Shown: positions 31,185-41,995, counted from the first letter of the stretch. The stretch: DNA of 64,000 bases from Opitutales bacterium (GCA_965226885.1 CBDDEL010000016.1:160001-224000); one strand, 5' to 3'. The notes: generated from the sequence alone by a model not told the origin. Numbers and translations are program-made.

Positions 31185-31223
31185 ATTTCCAAATTCAAAC
31201 AATTTCCCCACCATAGCGAAGCC

Positions 31224-33059
31224 ATGAAACAAATGTCTCCCCTGCAAGAGATTCGTCATTCGGCGGCTCACATAATGGCCACTGCGGTTCTCCGGTTGTA
31301 CCCGGAGGCCAAGCTCGACATCGGACCGCCCACCGACACGGGTTTTTATTACGATTTCGATCTCGATCATAAATTCACCGCCGAGGACCTCAAAAGCATC
31401 GAAGCGGAAATGAAAAACGTGGTAAAGGAGCGGCAGCCGTTCGAGCGGATCGTAGTTACCCGCGACGAAGCGGACAAGTTTTTCAGGGAAATCGAGCAAG
31501 ATTACAAAATCGGCCGATTGGCGGACATCCCGGACGGGGAGCCCATCACTTATTATCGCAACGGAGAATTTATCGACCTTTGTGCCGGCACCCATGTGGA
31601 AGATACCGGCAAAGTGAGAGCTTTTAAACTGCTCAGTGTGGCAGGAGCCTACCATCGGGGGAGCGAGAAAAACAAGCAATTGCAGCGCATCTACGGCACC
31701 GCTTTTGCCGATAGGAAGGAGTTGAGGACTTACCTTCATCAACTGGAAGAGGCAAAAAAACGCGACCATCGGAAAATCGGTAAAGACCTGCGGCTATTCC
31801 ATATCGACGACGATGTCGGCCAAGGGCTCGTTTTATGGGCCCCCGCCGGGGCCGTCATCCGGGAACAATTGCAAACCTTCATCGCCGGGGAGCTTCGCAA
31901 ACAGGGCTATAGACAGGTCTTCACACCCCATATTGGCAGACTGGGGCTTTTCCGCACTTCGGGCCATTTCCCCTATTATAGCGACTCGCAATACCCTCCC
32001 ATTGTCCATCGGGCGGAGTTGAGCCACCTGGCGGAAGAGGGTTGTTCCTGCGCCGAGTTGTCCAACAAAATCGATACGGGCGAGATCGACGGTTATTTGC
32101 TCAAACCGATGAACTGCCCCATGCACATCAAGCTGTTTGCCTCCCAGCCGCATTCCTACCGCGACTTGCCGGTGCGCCTGGCCGAGTTCGGCACGGTCTA
32201 TCGATGGGAGCAATCGGGCGAGTTGACCGGTATGACCCGTGTGCGCGGTTTCACCCAGGATGATGCCCACCTCTTTTGCACCGGCGAACAGGTCGAGGAC
32301 GAAATCAAGGGCTGCCTCTATCTGGTAAAAGTAATTTTGGGCACTTTGGGCATGTCGGATTACCGGGTGCGGGTGGGTCTGCGCGATGCGGACTCCGACA
32401 AATACACCGGCAATCCCGAAAACTGGGCCAAAGCCGAAAGCATATTGCTGGAAGTGGCCGAAAGCATGGGCGTGCCGTTCACCAGGGAAATCGGAGAAGC
32501 CGCCTTTTACGGCCCCAAGATCGATTTCGTGGTGCGCGATGTGATTGGCCGCGAGTGGCAACTGGGAACCGTCCAGGTCGATTACAACCTGCCTGAACGT
32601 TTCGGGCTGGAATATATCGGAGCGGACAACAAGCCGCATCGTCCGGTCCTTATCCACCGGGCTCCCTTTGGTTCCATGGAACGCTTCTGTGGTGTTCTCA
32701 TCGAGCATTTCGCGGGCAATTTCCCCACCTGGCTGGCGCCCGAACAGGTCCGTTTGTTACCCATCACGGACCATCAAAACGAATTTGCCAAAAATATTTT
32801 CGATAGCCTTTTCGAAAAAGGAATCAGGGCCACTCTGGATTCGCAATCGGACAAACTGGGGGCCAAAATTCGGCGAGCGGAAACGGACAAAGTCCCCTAC
32901 ATGCTCATAATCGGAGCGAAAGAAGCCGAACAAGGCGCGGTCTCGGTGCGGTCCCGGGTCAACAAGGAAAATGAAGGCTCCCTCCCCGTGGAGGAATTTA
33001 TTGCCCGAATTAAAAAGGAAATCGACAACCGTGCTCTCCCCATTTCCGCCCCGTCCTGA
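31224..33059 (+). CDS. thrS: Threonine--tRNA ligase (short N-terminus, no TGS domain)
   Basis: RHSAAHIMA, DLCAGTH, KRDHRKIG, KPMNCP, RVRGFTQDDAH, AFYGPKID; ATG 31224. Confidence 0.97.
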   Translation: MKQMSPLQEIRHSAAHIMATAVLRLYPEAKLDIGPPTDTGFYYDFDLDHKFTAEDLKSIEAEMKNVVKERQPFERIVVTRDEADKFFREIEQDYKIGRLADIPDGEPITYYRNGEFIDLCAGTHVEDTGKVRAFKLLSVAGAYHRGSEKNKQLQRIYGTAFADRKELRTYLHQLEEAKKRDHRKIGKDLRLFHIDDDVGQGLVLWAPAGAVIREQLQTFIAGELRKQGYRQVFTPHIGRLGLFRTSGHFPYYSDSQYPPIVHRAELSHLAEEGCSCAELSNKIDTGEIDGYLLKPMNCPMHIKLFASQPHSYRDLPVRLAEFGTVYRWEQSGELTGMTRVRGFTQDDAHLFCTGEQVEDEIKGCLYLVKVILGTLGMSDYRVRVGLRDADSDKYTGNPENWAKAESILLEVAESMGVPFTREIGEAAFYGPKIDFVVRDVIGREWQLGTVQVDYNLPERFGLEYIGADNKPHRPVLIHRAPFGSMERFCGVLIEHFAGNFPTWLAPEQVRLLPITDHQNEFAKNIFDSLFEKGIRATLDSQSDKLGAKIRRAETDKVPYMLIIGAKEAEQGAVSVRSRVNKENEGSLPVEEFIARIKKEIDNRALPISAPS

Positions 33060-33083
33060 AAACTACATCCAGCATCCAAAATC

Positions 33084-33434
33084 ATGCCTTACCTGCATAT
33101 CCGAACCAATCAAAGCCTGGATGCTTCTCAAAGTGAGAAAATTCTGCAAATGGCTTCCCAAATTTGCGCCGAAACCCTGGGCAAACCGGAAGAATTCATG
33201 ATGGTTTCCATGGAAGAATCCCGCCCCTTGATGATGGGTGGCGATTCCGCCGCTGCCGCCTTTCTCGACTTGCGCTCCATCGGATTTCCGGAAGGCTCAC
33301 AATCGGACTTGTCGGCCAAACTCTGCCAACTGATGGGCGAATCGATGAACTTGCCCGCCGACCGCGTTTACCTGAATTTTCAAAATATAGGACGCGAAGA
33401 CTGGGGTTGGAACGGAAAAACATTTGCTGGTTGA
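33084..33434 (+). CDS. MIF-like phenylpyruvate tautomerase family protein
   Basis: Pro-1 start (MPYLHIRTN), LGKPE, RSIG, DRVYLNF, WGWNGKTF. Confidence 0.88.
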   Translation: MPYLHIRTNQSLDASQSEKILQMASQICAETLGKPEEFMMVSMEESRPLMMGGDSAAAAFLDLRSIGFPEGSQSDLSAKLCQLMGESMNLPADRVYLNFQNIGREDWGWNGKTFAG

Positions 33435-33456
33435 GAAACCAACCGCCGCCGTTTTA

Positions 33457-34320
33457 TTAAAGTTTTTTAAGAAAATCGTCCTCCGACCACTTGGTGCCGT
33501 CTTTGCGATACGCGATCGTGCCCGTCTCGTCAATGAGGATGGTGGCCATGGTATGGTCGTAGGTATTGCTGTGGACGTCCTTCCTGGCCGCAACACCGAA
33601 CTGCAAAAGCAAATCTTTAACCACCCCGGGGTCGCCCGACAACAGCATGAAATTGCTTTCATCGATTCCGCGGTCGATCATGTATGTCTTGAGAATGCCG
33701 GGGCTGTCGTATGCGGGGTCGAAAGTTATGGAGATGAGTTGGAGGTTATTAACATTCTCCTCTCGCGCCCTCTGTTGCAGTCTTTGCATTCGCTGGATGG
33801 CGGCGGGGCACATCATGGGCATGGGGCAGCGTGTAAAAATAAAATTCAGGACCACTTTTTTTCCCCGTAGGGAACGGGACAGCACCACATTGCCGTCCTG
33901 ATTATAAAGGGCAAACTCGGGGATGGCCTCCCCAACGTGCCTAAATGGAGCAGGATCGCGTGAAAGTGTGTCTTCGTGCAACTGGCGGTTTACATTGTTG
34001 ACGACTCTTTCGGCAAACTCCCTGGCCGGCCATATCGTTTCGAGTCGAAGCGTTTCCCCCTCGCGAGCCACATTTCCCCGGATGCGGGTTCCGGGTTTAA
34101 GGATGAGGGCATCGCCTTTACCGATGGCAAACTCTGTCTCTCCGGCGGCCAGCACACCGGCCACCCCGTCATGTTTAAGAAGCAAAAGCCGCTTTTCGGC
34201 GGATACCGAAACGACTTCACCACCTAATTCCATGTTTTCGGCCGCGCTGGCAGTTACATGCCCATTGATTACGACGCTCAATGCCGCCATTTTTACAAGG
34301 AATCTGAAATAATTCATCAT
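33457..34320 (-). CDS. SCO-family copper chaperone with an N-terminal CusF-like domain
   Basis: FIFTRCPMPMMCP, SITFDP..DSP, HTMATILID. Confidence 0.88.
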   Translation of the reverse strand: MMNYFRFLVKMAALSVVINGHVTASAAENMELGGEVVSVSAEKRLLLLKHDGVAGVLAAGETEFAIGKGDALILKPGTRIRGNVAREGETLRLETIWPAREFAERVVNNVNRQLHEDTLSRDPAPFRHVGEAIPEFALYNQDGNVVLSRSLRGKKVVLNFIFTRCPMPMMCPAAIQRMQRLQQRAREENVNNLQLISITFDPAYDSPGILKTYMIDRGIDESNFMLLSGDPGVVKDLLLQFGVAARKDVHSNTYDHTMATILIDETGTIAYRKDGTKWSEDDFLKKL

Positions 34321-34398
34321 TTGTTTTCTATCTTGCTATGCCAATGCCGACAGGCATATTGGCTCGTCTTTGGTATTTAGCCAGCGATAAGAGATCAG

Positions 34399-35442
34399 AT
34401 GCCTATTTCCTGTCAACGAACTAATCACTACAAACCCGGCCTGGCCTGGTTCTGCGCGGTCCCGCTGGTAACGGCCATCGGGCTGCTCTACGCGGGCGGG
34501 TTCACCACCAGTATCGAAGCCGGCATGGCATTCCTCGATTGGCCGCTTTCCAATGGCACACTGAATCCTGAAGGTTGGCTGCAAGACCGGGAAATGCGGG
34601 CCGAACACAGCCACCGGTTGCTGGGCATGGCAGTGGGATTTTTAATAATAATATTGGTATGCTGGATCTGGCTGAAAGAGGAACGCGCCTGGCTCCGCTA
34701 CCTCACTTTAATCTGTCTCCTGGCCGTCATAGTGCAAGGCATCCTGGGTGGCATGCGAGTGCGTTTCGACGCACTCAACACGGGCGCGGAAAACAACCGG
34801 TTGGCCCAGGGATTTGTGCTCGTTCATGCCCTGGGAGCACCATTCGTGCTCTGTCTGCTGGTCAGCATTGCTCTGGCCCAGTCCAGAAACTGGATCGAGC
34901 GACAGGCCGGCCTGCAAACACCTACCGGAAGGCTGCTTCGCGGGCTGGGCCTGGGCGTCTGCCTGCTATTGCTCCTGCAAATACTGGCCGGGGCAGTAGT
35001 GAGGCATAGCGACGCCGGGCTGGCCCTGGTTTCTTTCCCCTACTCCACTCCCAATGGCGATTGGCTGCCCCCCTACTGGAATTGGGCCGTGGCGGTAAAT
35101 TATATTCATCGCATCGGGGCATTGCTGACGGTAATTTCCATTCTGGCGTTCGTTTCCCTGGTTTGGGTCGATAAAAACACCCGTCATGCTTTCGGGCAGC
35201 TTGCCCTTCTCCCCATTGTTCTTTTGGCAATACAGATTTTTCTCGGGGCTGTGGTGGTCTGGAGCCGCCTCAATGAACACGCCGCCACACTCCATACACT
35301 AGTGGGCGCTTTTCTGCTTGCGAGTTGCTGGATGCTTACTTTTTTATCATTCCGCTTGCCTTTGAGGGGTATACAATCCGAATCTCTCTCCGCGGCCAAT
35401 CAATCCAACCCCCTCCGCGGCCAATCAATCCAACCCCATTAG
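34399..35442 (+). CDS. ctaA: Heme A synthase (COX15/CtaA)
   Basis: AGMAFLDWP, EHSHRLLG, QGILGG, HRIGA; 25-bp duplication at the 3' end. Confidence 0.9.
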   Translation: MPISCQRTNHYKPGLAWFCAVPLVTAIGLLYAGGFTTSIEAGMAFLDWPLSNGTLNPEGWLQDREMRAEHSHRLLGMAVGFLIIILVCWIWLKEERAWLRYLTLICLLAVIVQGILGGMRVRFDALNTGAENNRLAQGFVLVHALGAPFVLCLLVSIALAQSRNWIERQAGLQTPTGRLLRGLGLGVCLLLLLQILAGAVVRHSDAGLALVSFPYSTPNGDWLPPYWNWAVAVNYIHRIGALLTVISILAFVSLVWVDKNTRHAFGQLALLPIVLLAIQIFLGAVVVWSRLNEHAATLHTLVGAFLLASCWMLTFLSFRLPLRGIQSESLSAANQSNPLRGQSIQPH

Positions 35443-35472
35443 AAAAGATACCGCACCCCTCTCGACGAATCC

Positions 35473-36414
35473 ATGAACCTGAAACCAGCCAGATTTCAAT
35501 ACGAATCGAAAACCGAGACCGGTCTCCTATTGGGGGAGTCCGTAAGGGAAAAATCCCGCTACCTGGATTATTGGGAATTGACCAAGCCCCGCCTCACCAT
35601 GCTCTCGGTCATCACCGCTATTGTCGGTTATCTGGCCGCTCTGCCGATTCGCGATTCCTCTGTGTTGACGATTCTCATCATCGGGACATCGCTGGCTGCA
35701 GGTGGAGCGGCAGCCCTCAACCAGTGGATGGAGCGTGCCGCCGACGCCAAAATGGTACGCACCCGCGGGCGGCCCATACCAACGGGTCAAGTCACTCCGG
35801 AGGCCGCCCTGGTCTTTGGATTGATCCTCTGCCTGTCCGGAGACCTGCTTCTTTATGCAGGGGTAAACTGGCTTGCCGCATTGCTGGCATTGGTTACTCA
35901 AATCGCTTACCTGCTGGCTTACACCCCGTTGAAAAAACTCACACCCTGGTGCACCGAAGTCGGTGCCATCCCCGGAGCCTTGCCGCCGCTAATCGGCTGG
36001 GCAGCGGCAGAATCAGGCATTTCGACATTGGGCTGGATTTTGTTTGCCATTTTGCTTTTCTGGCAGATTCCGCATTTTATGGCTCTGGCCTGGACTTTCC
36101 GCGACGATTACGCAAAAGCCGGTTTCCCCATGGGCTCGGTCGTCGATCCGACGGGCGGCAGAATTGCCCGCCAGGCATTTATTTTCACCCTCCTGCTTAC
36201 AGCCAGCAGCTTTTTACCCGCTTTTTTTGGGTTCACGACGATTTTTTACACCTCCCTGGCTGCCGTGCTTGGCCTTTGGTTTTTATTTACGGCCACGCGC
36301 TTTCTCCTCGCCATCGACCGTGAATTGGCCGCCAGAAAACTCTTTTGGGCCTCCATCGCCTACCTCCCCATTCTGCTGGGGGGCCTCGTCTTCGATCGTC
36401 TTTTGCTTATTTAA
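35473..36414 (+). CDS. cyoE: Protoheme IX farnesyltransferase (heme O synthase)
   Basis: LTKPR, LNQWMERAADAKMVRTRGRPIP, YTPLKK, GALPPLIGW, WQIPHF. Confidence 0.96.
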   Translation: MNLKPARFQYESKTETGLLLGESVREKSRYLDYWELTKPRLTMLSVITAIVGYLAALPIRDSSVLTILIIGTSLAAGGAAALNQWMERAADAKMVRTRGRPIPTGQVTPEAALVFGLILCLSGDLLLYAGVNWLAALLALVTQIAYLLAYTPLKKLTPWCTEVGAIPGALPPLIGWAAAESGISTLGWILFAILLFWQIPHFMALAWTFRDDYAKAGFPMGSVVDPTGGRIARQAFIFTLLLTASSFLPAFFGFTTIFYTSLAAVLGLWFLFTATRFLLAIDRELAARKLFWASIAYLPILLGGLVFDRLLLI

Positions 36415-36496
36415 ATCATCACCCGGAAAACAAGGTTGAAAACCGGAGGATCGGACCCTAGAGTGGCCGATTTGATTTTCAGAACACCGAATCAAC

Positions 36497-36570
36497 TGCC
36501 CGATGGTGTAATGGTAGCACGGCGGATTCTGGTTCCGTCTGTCAAGGTTCGAGTCCTTGTCGGGCAGCCA
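36497..36570 (+). tRNA. tRNA-Gln(CTG)
   Basis: Cloverleaf TGCCCGA...TCGGGCA-GCCA, anticodon loop TTCTGGT, GGTTCGAGTCC T-arm. Confidence 0.95.
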
Positions 36571-36691
36571 TGCCTTATACTTATCAATGTCAATGTCTTA
36601 TGAATTATTTTATATGATATTGCGTCTATTGTTTCTCTAGCCGTCCTTACTTTTCCTACTTTTTTACTTGCACTTGTGGCCCCTTTAGGTA

Positions 36692-38515
36692 GAGGCTGTC
36701 CCAAAAGGTTGATTTTTGCGAGGGCTTTTGATAGGCGCTCATTTTAGAGGTATTTGCATTTGGGAGAGTATCAACTTTGCTCTCCTATGACGTTAGGATA
36801 CTGGTTTTGGGGTCCGGTTGCCTGGTTTTCTTTGTATGAGCCGACAGTAAGGCTGTGAAAAAGTATTGTCCTTGCTTTTCCGCTCTCTAGGCCGCCGCTT
36901 TGGTTTTTAGTTCGTCTTGCTGGGCCAGCATCTTGGCTACTTTCCATAGGTTGTGCGAGAGTACCGACCAGGCTACGCTGATCGAGCGGTTGGCAAAGCC
37001 TTTGCTGCGCAACCGCCCGGCCTGCCAGCGATTCTTCAATACCCCGATCCCCGATCCGCCCTTCGGTGCTGGCCCGGCGCTTTTGCAATTGTCTGAACAG
37101 TGGTTCCTCCATCCGTTTTTTCAACTGCTACGGATCGCGTGGACAGAGCGCGTCGTAGATTCCCTCCTGGGCTAACTGCCGGCGGGCCCGCTGGGAGGCA
37201 AATCCCCGGTCCGCGCACATGGCCGCTATGGGTTCTTCCAGGTTGAAGCGGTTCTGTCTTTGCAAACTCTCTTGCATTTGTTCATTTTCGCTTGGAGTTC
37301 GGCTGCCGTAGAGTTTCCAGTCCAGCAGGTACCCTTCAACGCTTTCTCCCAAAAACAGGGTGTTGCCGAACTCGACCTCTTGGCCCGCTTTACCTCGCAC
37401 AATCACCTGCACATCGAGTTCGTAAACACTCAAGACTTTCTCTGCGTTTTTCACCTGGCGGCCGCCAATGATCCGCTCGTGCGCCTGTTTGATGACCACC
37501 GGGATTTGCTCGCTCATGCGCTCCATCCGGGCGAGGATCTGTTGGACCTGTTTTTCGCTGTAATCGCTTTGCTCCCAGCAGGCTTGCAATAATTCCCGGT
37601 GACTGCGGGCATGCTCCCCGATCCGTTTGAGCAGCTTTTTCATCTGCCTCAAGATACCCTTGCGCTGTCGCGCGCTGTCCTTTCGCCGCCGGCTGTGGGT
37701 CATCTGTATGCACAGCCGATTCATCTGCCGAGCCAAGGGCTCCGGTTCGATCGGCATGCGATGGCGCACACCGGCCTTCTCGCGGATCAGCCGGATCGCT
37801 TTGAGCAACGTGCCGGCTACATCCTTGAGTAATACCCAGTCCGTCGGCCAATGAATGTTAGCCTCCAAACAGGTGCCGTCGATCAGGCAAATGGTGGTGT
37901 CAATCGGCTTGTCCAATCCCACCTGCCGGGCCAGAAGGGCATCGCCCACCACCTCAGTCAAGGTCCGGTGCAAGGCCCTCAACTGCTCTTCGCTGAAAAA
38001 CTTCGAGGCCCGCTCCAGGGTGCTTTTGGAGATGCCCCTGATGCCATCGATCTGCCGGACACGGCAAAAGTCGGCCAACAGATCGCTGCTGCCCAGAGCC
38101 CGCGACAAATGCCGAAACGAAATCCCTCCGAGCAGATGGCCCAGCGTATCCATGCGCAGTGCCTTGATGGCAAAACTGGCCCGCTGCCGCCGGGCCTTTA
38201 GACCCATTGGCTGCCACCCCTCCAAGGCCAGCTCAATGGCCTGCGATTCCACCTCCGAGTCGATCAGCAGCCGATCGATTCGATCAATGGTGGCGCGGAA
38301 GTTATCGTAATCGAGGCACCGGTCGACCACAGTTAAAGCTGGACGCAGGAGGCATTGGATGGCTATATTTTTCATAGAAAGGGCTATATTGATTTTCGCT
38401 AACTCAATTATAGAACCCTTTTTTGGCCGGATCGAGCAAAAACTTGCTCTTTCCGGCTCTTTTTATCAACGTCATCCAGTTGACTATAAAATCTTTATAT
38501 TTTTGGGACAGCCTC
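36692..38515 (-). mobile_element. ISNCY/IS5-like element, copy 2; transposase pseudogene (nonsense at 37128-37130, 7-bp duplication at 37042-37055)
   Basis: Same IRs as 17303-19129; ORF 37128-38375 stops early; flanks do not match. Confidence 0.9.
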
Positions 38516-38562
38516 TAATTAGCGGTCAATAACTGTCAGACACAACATTCAAAAAAATTATT

Positions 38563-39660
38563 TTGAGCAGTATTTCAAAAGTCCTCGTTGTTGACGATCA
38601 ACCGGTTAACGTAAAGTTGCTGCAGCGCAAGCTGGAGCAAAACGGGATGTTGGTTTGGCCCGCCTTCAGCGGACGGCAATGCCTCGACCAGGTAAAAAAG
38701 GAGACTCCGGACATCCTTCTGTTGGATATCATGATGCCCGAAATGGATGGATTCGAGGTCTGCAAAATACTCAAGGCAGACGAGGCAACCAAGGCCATCC
38801 CCATCATTTTCATTACCGCCAAATCCTCCAAAGAGGGAAAATTGCAAGGACTGGAAGCTGGAGCCGTCGATTATATTACGAAACCGATTGATCTTGATGA
38901 AACAATTGCCCGGGTAAAAACCCAGCTCCGTTTTCAACAAATCAACAGGGAAAACATTGATCTGCAAAAGCGCCTGAGCGACTCCCGGCAAACGGCAGCT
39001 ATCGGGGCGATCACCCAAGGAATTTCCCACAACCTGAACAACCTGCTGGGAGTCGTGGTGGGATACCTGGACCTTCTCAAGGCAGCAAAAGAGGATCCGA
39101 AAATGACGGATCGCTGCATCAATTTGATGGACCAGTCCATACAAAGAATGGTCAATATTGTCCGGCAGTTGGGAACCATCGCCAATAATGAGAGATTTTC
39201 ATTACAACCCCTTTCCCTGCAGCGGCTTTTAGACAACAGTGTTCGCCGGTTCCAGTTGGAAAACAACCTCTCCAATTCCGTGGTTGTGAATAACAAGCTG
39301 GAAAACCTGCTGCTGCCAGCGAACGTGGAAGCCTTTGAAAGCATCCTTGGCAACCTCCTCATAAATGCCCTCGAAAGTTATCCCGAAGGAGAAAATAACC
39401 GGAAAATCACCATCGAAACGGAATTGGTGGAATCCGATACTAATCGGCAGATTCGGATCCGGGTTCTGGATGAAGGAACCGGTATCGACCCAAATGTTAA
39501 AGATCATATCTTCGAACCTTTTATCAGTGGGAAAACCTCCGTTGGACATGGAATGGGTCTGACCATTGCGCGTCACGGAATTCGCAATCTGGGTGGCGAA
39601 CTTCTGCTCAAGCCAAGAATCGATGGGGGTATTTGCGCGGAGTTATCCCATCCCATTTGA
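38563..39660 (+). CDS. Hybrid response regulator-histidine kinase (REC-HisKA-HATPase)
   Basis: VLVVDD, LLDIMMPEMDG, KP; H-box ISHNLNNLL; NLLINA, DEGTGI, GMGL. Confidence 0.92.
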   Translation: MSSISKVLVVDDQPVNVKLLQRKLEQNGMLVWPAFSGRQCLDQVKKETPDILLLDIMMPEMDGFEVCKILKADEATKAIPIIFITAKSSKEGKLQGLEAGAVDYITKPIDLDETIARVKTQLRFQQINRENIDLQKRLSDSRQTAAIGAITQGISHNLNNLLGVVVGYLDLLKAAKEDPKMTDRCINLMDQSIQRMVNIVRQLGTIANNERFSLQPLSLQRLLDNSVRRFQLENNLSNSVVVNNKLENLLLPANVEAFESILGNLLINALESYPEGENNRKITIETELVESDTNRQIRIRVLDEGTGIDPNVKDHIFEPFISGKTSVGHGMGLTIARHGIRNLGGELLLKPRIDGGICAELSHPI

Positions 39661-39749
39661 AAAATCCTTATCCTTCTCTTCGGGATAATCCGTGCCCGGC
39701 CATAAATTCCGCCTCGACAGCGAGTTTCGAGCCCTCTTAACTCAAAAAG

Positions 39750-40556
39750 GTGAAGGTCAAAGTGTCATTTCTGGGCGCCGGGCGCATGGCCACTGCCATA
39801 GTTACAGGCATACTCCGCAAAAATCTTTATACAGCGGAGGAGTTGGGCTGCCTGGGCGCACCGGACGGTTCCGCCGAGGCTCTCTCCACCCAAACCGGAA
39901 TCCGCCACATCCCGAATCTCGAGGAATTATTATCCCAATGCGAAATAATTGTCCTCGCATTCAAACCGCAGCAATTGTCCGAAATGGGGCCGGTCCACGC
40001 CAAGCTCTGTGCGGGCAAACTGGTGATTTCCATCTTGGCAGGCTCCACCCTGGCAAGACTGCAGGGAAAGTTTCCCGAAGCCGCAAACATCATCCGCGCC
40101 ATGCCCAACACTCCCGGCCAGATCGGGGCGGGCATCACCTGCTATGCAGCGAAAAAAGAACTTGAGCCTGCCGACCGGGAAACAACGGAAAATATTCTCG
40201 CCTCCATGGGGCCGGTCATTCCCATTAAGGAAGAATACCTGGACGCCGTAACGGCCCTCAGCGGAAGCGGCCCGGCTTACGTTTTCGAATTCGTGGCGGC
40301 CTTGCGCGATGCCGGCATTGAGGCCGGCCTGGAGACGGCCGTGGCCGAGCAACTCTCCCTGGAAACGGTTCTTGGGGCGGCCCGCCTGCTGGCCCGCAGC
40401 GGGGAGAAACCGGAAACCCTTCGAGACTGGGTCAGCTCCCCCGGCGGAACCACCCTGGCCGGCCTGGAGGTATTGAGCAAAGGAAATTTCCGGCAACTCA
40501 TCGGAAACACCCTGCAAGCCGCCAAAAAAAGGTCTATCGAGCTCTCCCAAAGCTAA
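39750..40556 (+). CDS. proC: Pyrroline-5-carboxylate reductase
   Basis: FLGAGRMA, KPQ, RAMPNTP, LSGSGPAY, VSSPGGTT. Confidence 0.96.
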   Translation: MKVKVSFLGAGRMATAIVTGILRKNLYTAEELGCLGAPDGSAEALSTQTGIRHIPNLEELLSQCEIIVLAFKPQQLSEMGPVHAKLCAGKLVISILAGSTLARLQGKFPEAANIIRAMPNTPGQIGAGITCYAAKKELEPADRETTENILASMGPVIPIKEEYLDAVTALSGSGPAYVFEFVAALRDAGIEAGLETAVAEQLSLETVLGAARLLARSGEKPETLRDWVSSPGGTTLAGLEVLSKGNFRQLIGNTLQAAKKRSIELSQS

Positions 40557-40564
40557 GAAAAAAA

Positions 40565-40641
40565 TGGTGGGAGATACTGGACTCGAACCAGCGACTTCTT
40601 GCGTGTGAAGCAAGCGCTCTAACCAACTGAGCTAATCCCCC
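40565..40641 (-). tRNA. tRNA-Val(CAC)
   Basis: Reverse complement GGGGGATTAGCTCAGTTGG...CTTGC-TTCACAC-GCAAG...GGTTCGAGTCC...CACCA. Confidence 0.95.
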
Positions 40642-40915
40642 AAAAACCGATCACCGATGTGGGCCGGGTGTCTGGTAGAAGGTCTACTTTGCCATCCCGG
40701 GCGTCTTCGTCAATTCCTGAAAATCAGTATTTCTCCCGCCGTTGACAGATTTCTGAATTTTTCCAGCCTACAGAGGCATTTTTTTGGCTTGGTTCGGACA
40801 TGAAAATACCTGTGGATTGGCAAAGACATGCAGCCTTTTTTCTGGTATAAGATTGTTTTAAAAATTATTCACCGAATTTATTCAGCGAGAGGAAGTAGGT
40901 CGCTACCTTGATTTT

Positions 40916-41951
40916 ATGAAACGAGCATTAATAACCGGAATCACCGGCCAAGATGGTTCTTATCTGGCCGAATTGCTACTCAAGAAGGGTTACGAGGTGC
41001 ATGGAATTATTCGGCGCGCCTCTACTTTTAATACTTCACGCATCGATCATATTTATCAGGATCCCCATATTGACAGTAACCGTCTCTTTCTGCATTTCGG
41101 GGATCTTTCTGACGGAGGCCGCCTGGCCAAGCTTTTTTACGATGTCGAACCGGAGGAGATCTACAACCTGGGAGCGCAGAGCCATGTGCGTGTCTCTTTC
41201 GACATCCCGGAATATACGGGGGATGTCACCGGTTTGGGCACGGTTCGCATGTTGGAGGGGTTGAGGGAGGCCGGCCTGGAAAAGAAAGTTCGGTTCTACC
41301 AGGCATCTTCTTCCGAGATGTTTGGGAAAGTGCAGGAAGTGCCCCAGACCGAGAGAACGCCCTTCTATCCTCGTTCCCCTTATGGGTGCGCCAAAGTATT
41401 TTCCTACTGGTTAACTGTTAACTACCGTGAGGCCTACGATTTGCACGCCAGCAACGGCATTCTTTTCAACCACGAGTCTCCTCGCCGGGGGGAAACTTTT
41501 GTCACTCGTAAAATTACGCGTGCCGCAACCCGTATCAAGGTGGGTTTGCAGAAGAATCTTTTTCTCGGGAACATGGATGCCCGGCGCGATTGGGGTTACG
41601 CGCCTGATTTTGTGGAGGCGATGTGGCTCATGCTGCAGCAGGACCAGCCAGGAGACTATGTTATCGCCACCAGACTATGTTATCGCCACCAACGAGAACC
41701 ATAGCGTGCGGGATTTTTGCCAGGAAGCCTTCGGGCACCTCGATCTGGACTGGAAGGAATTTGTGAAAAGCGATTCACGCTACGAACGCCCGGCGGAGGT
41801 CGATCTCCTCGTCGGCGATCCGGCCAAGGCCCGGCAAAATTTGAATTGGGAACCACGAGTGACATTCAAAAAACTTGTGCAAATCATGGTCGAGGCGGAC
41901 CTGAAATTGGCTGAAAATGAATTGGCCTACCAACAGGCTTCATCAGGCTAA
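40916..41951 (+). pseudogene. gmd: GDP-mannose 4,6-dehydratase, frameshifted by a 19-bp duplication (41653-41690)
   Basis: [34 protein letters not shown]; the C-terminus ([13 protein letters not shown]) is in another frame. Confidence 0.92.
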
Positions 41952-41995
41952 TTAGTATCCCCGCAGACAAAAATAGCCCTTCTTCGTCGAGAGAA

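Noticed and set aside
30974..31223. T-box riboswitch upstream of thrS
   Set aside because: No GGTGGNACCGCG T-box motif or stem I is visible; the leader-peptide model fits better.
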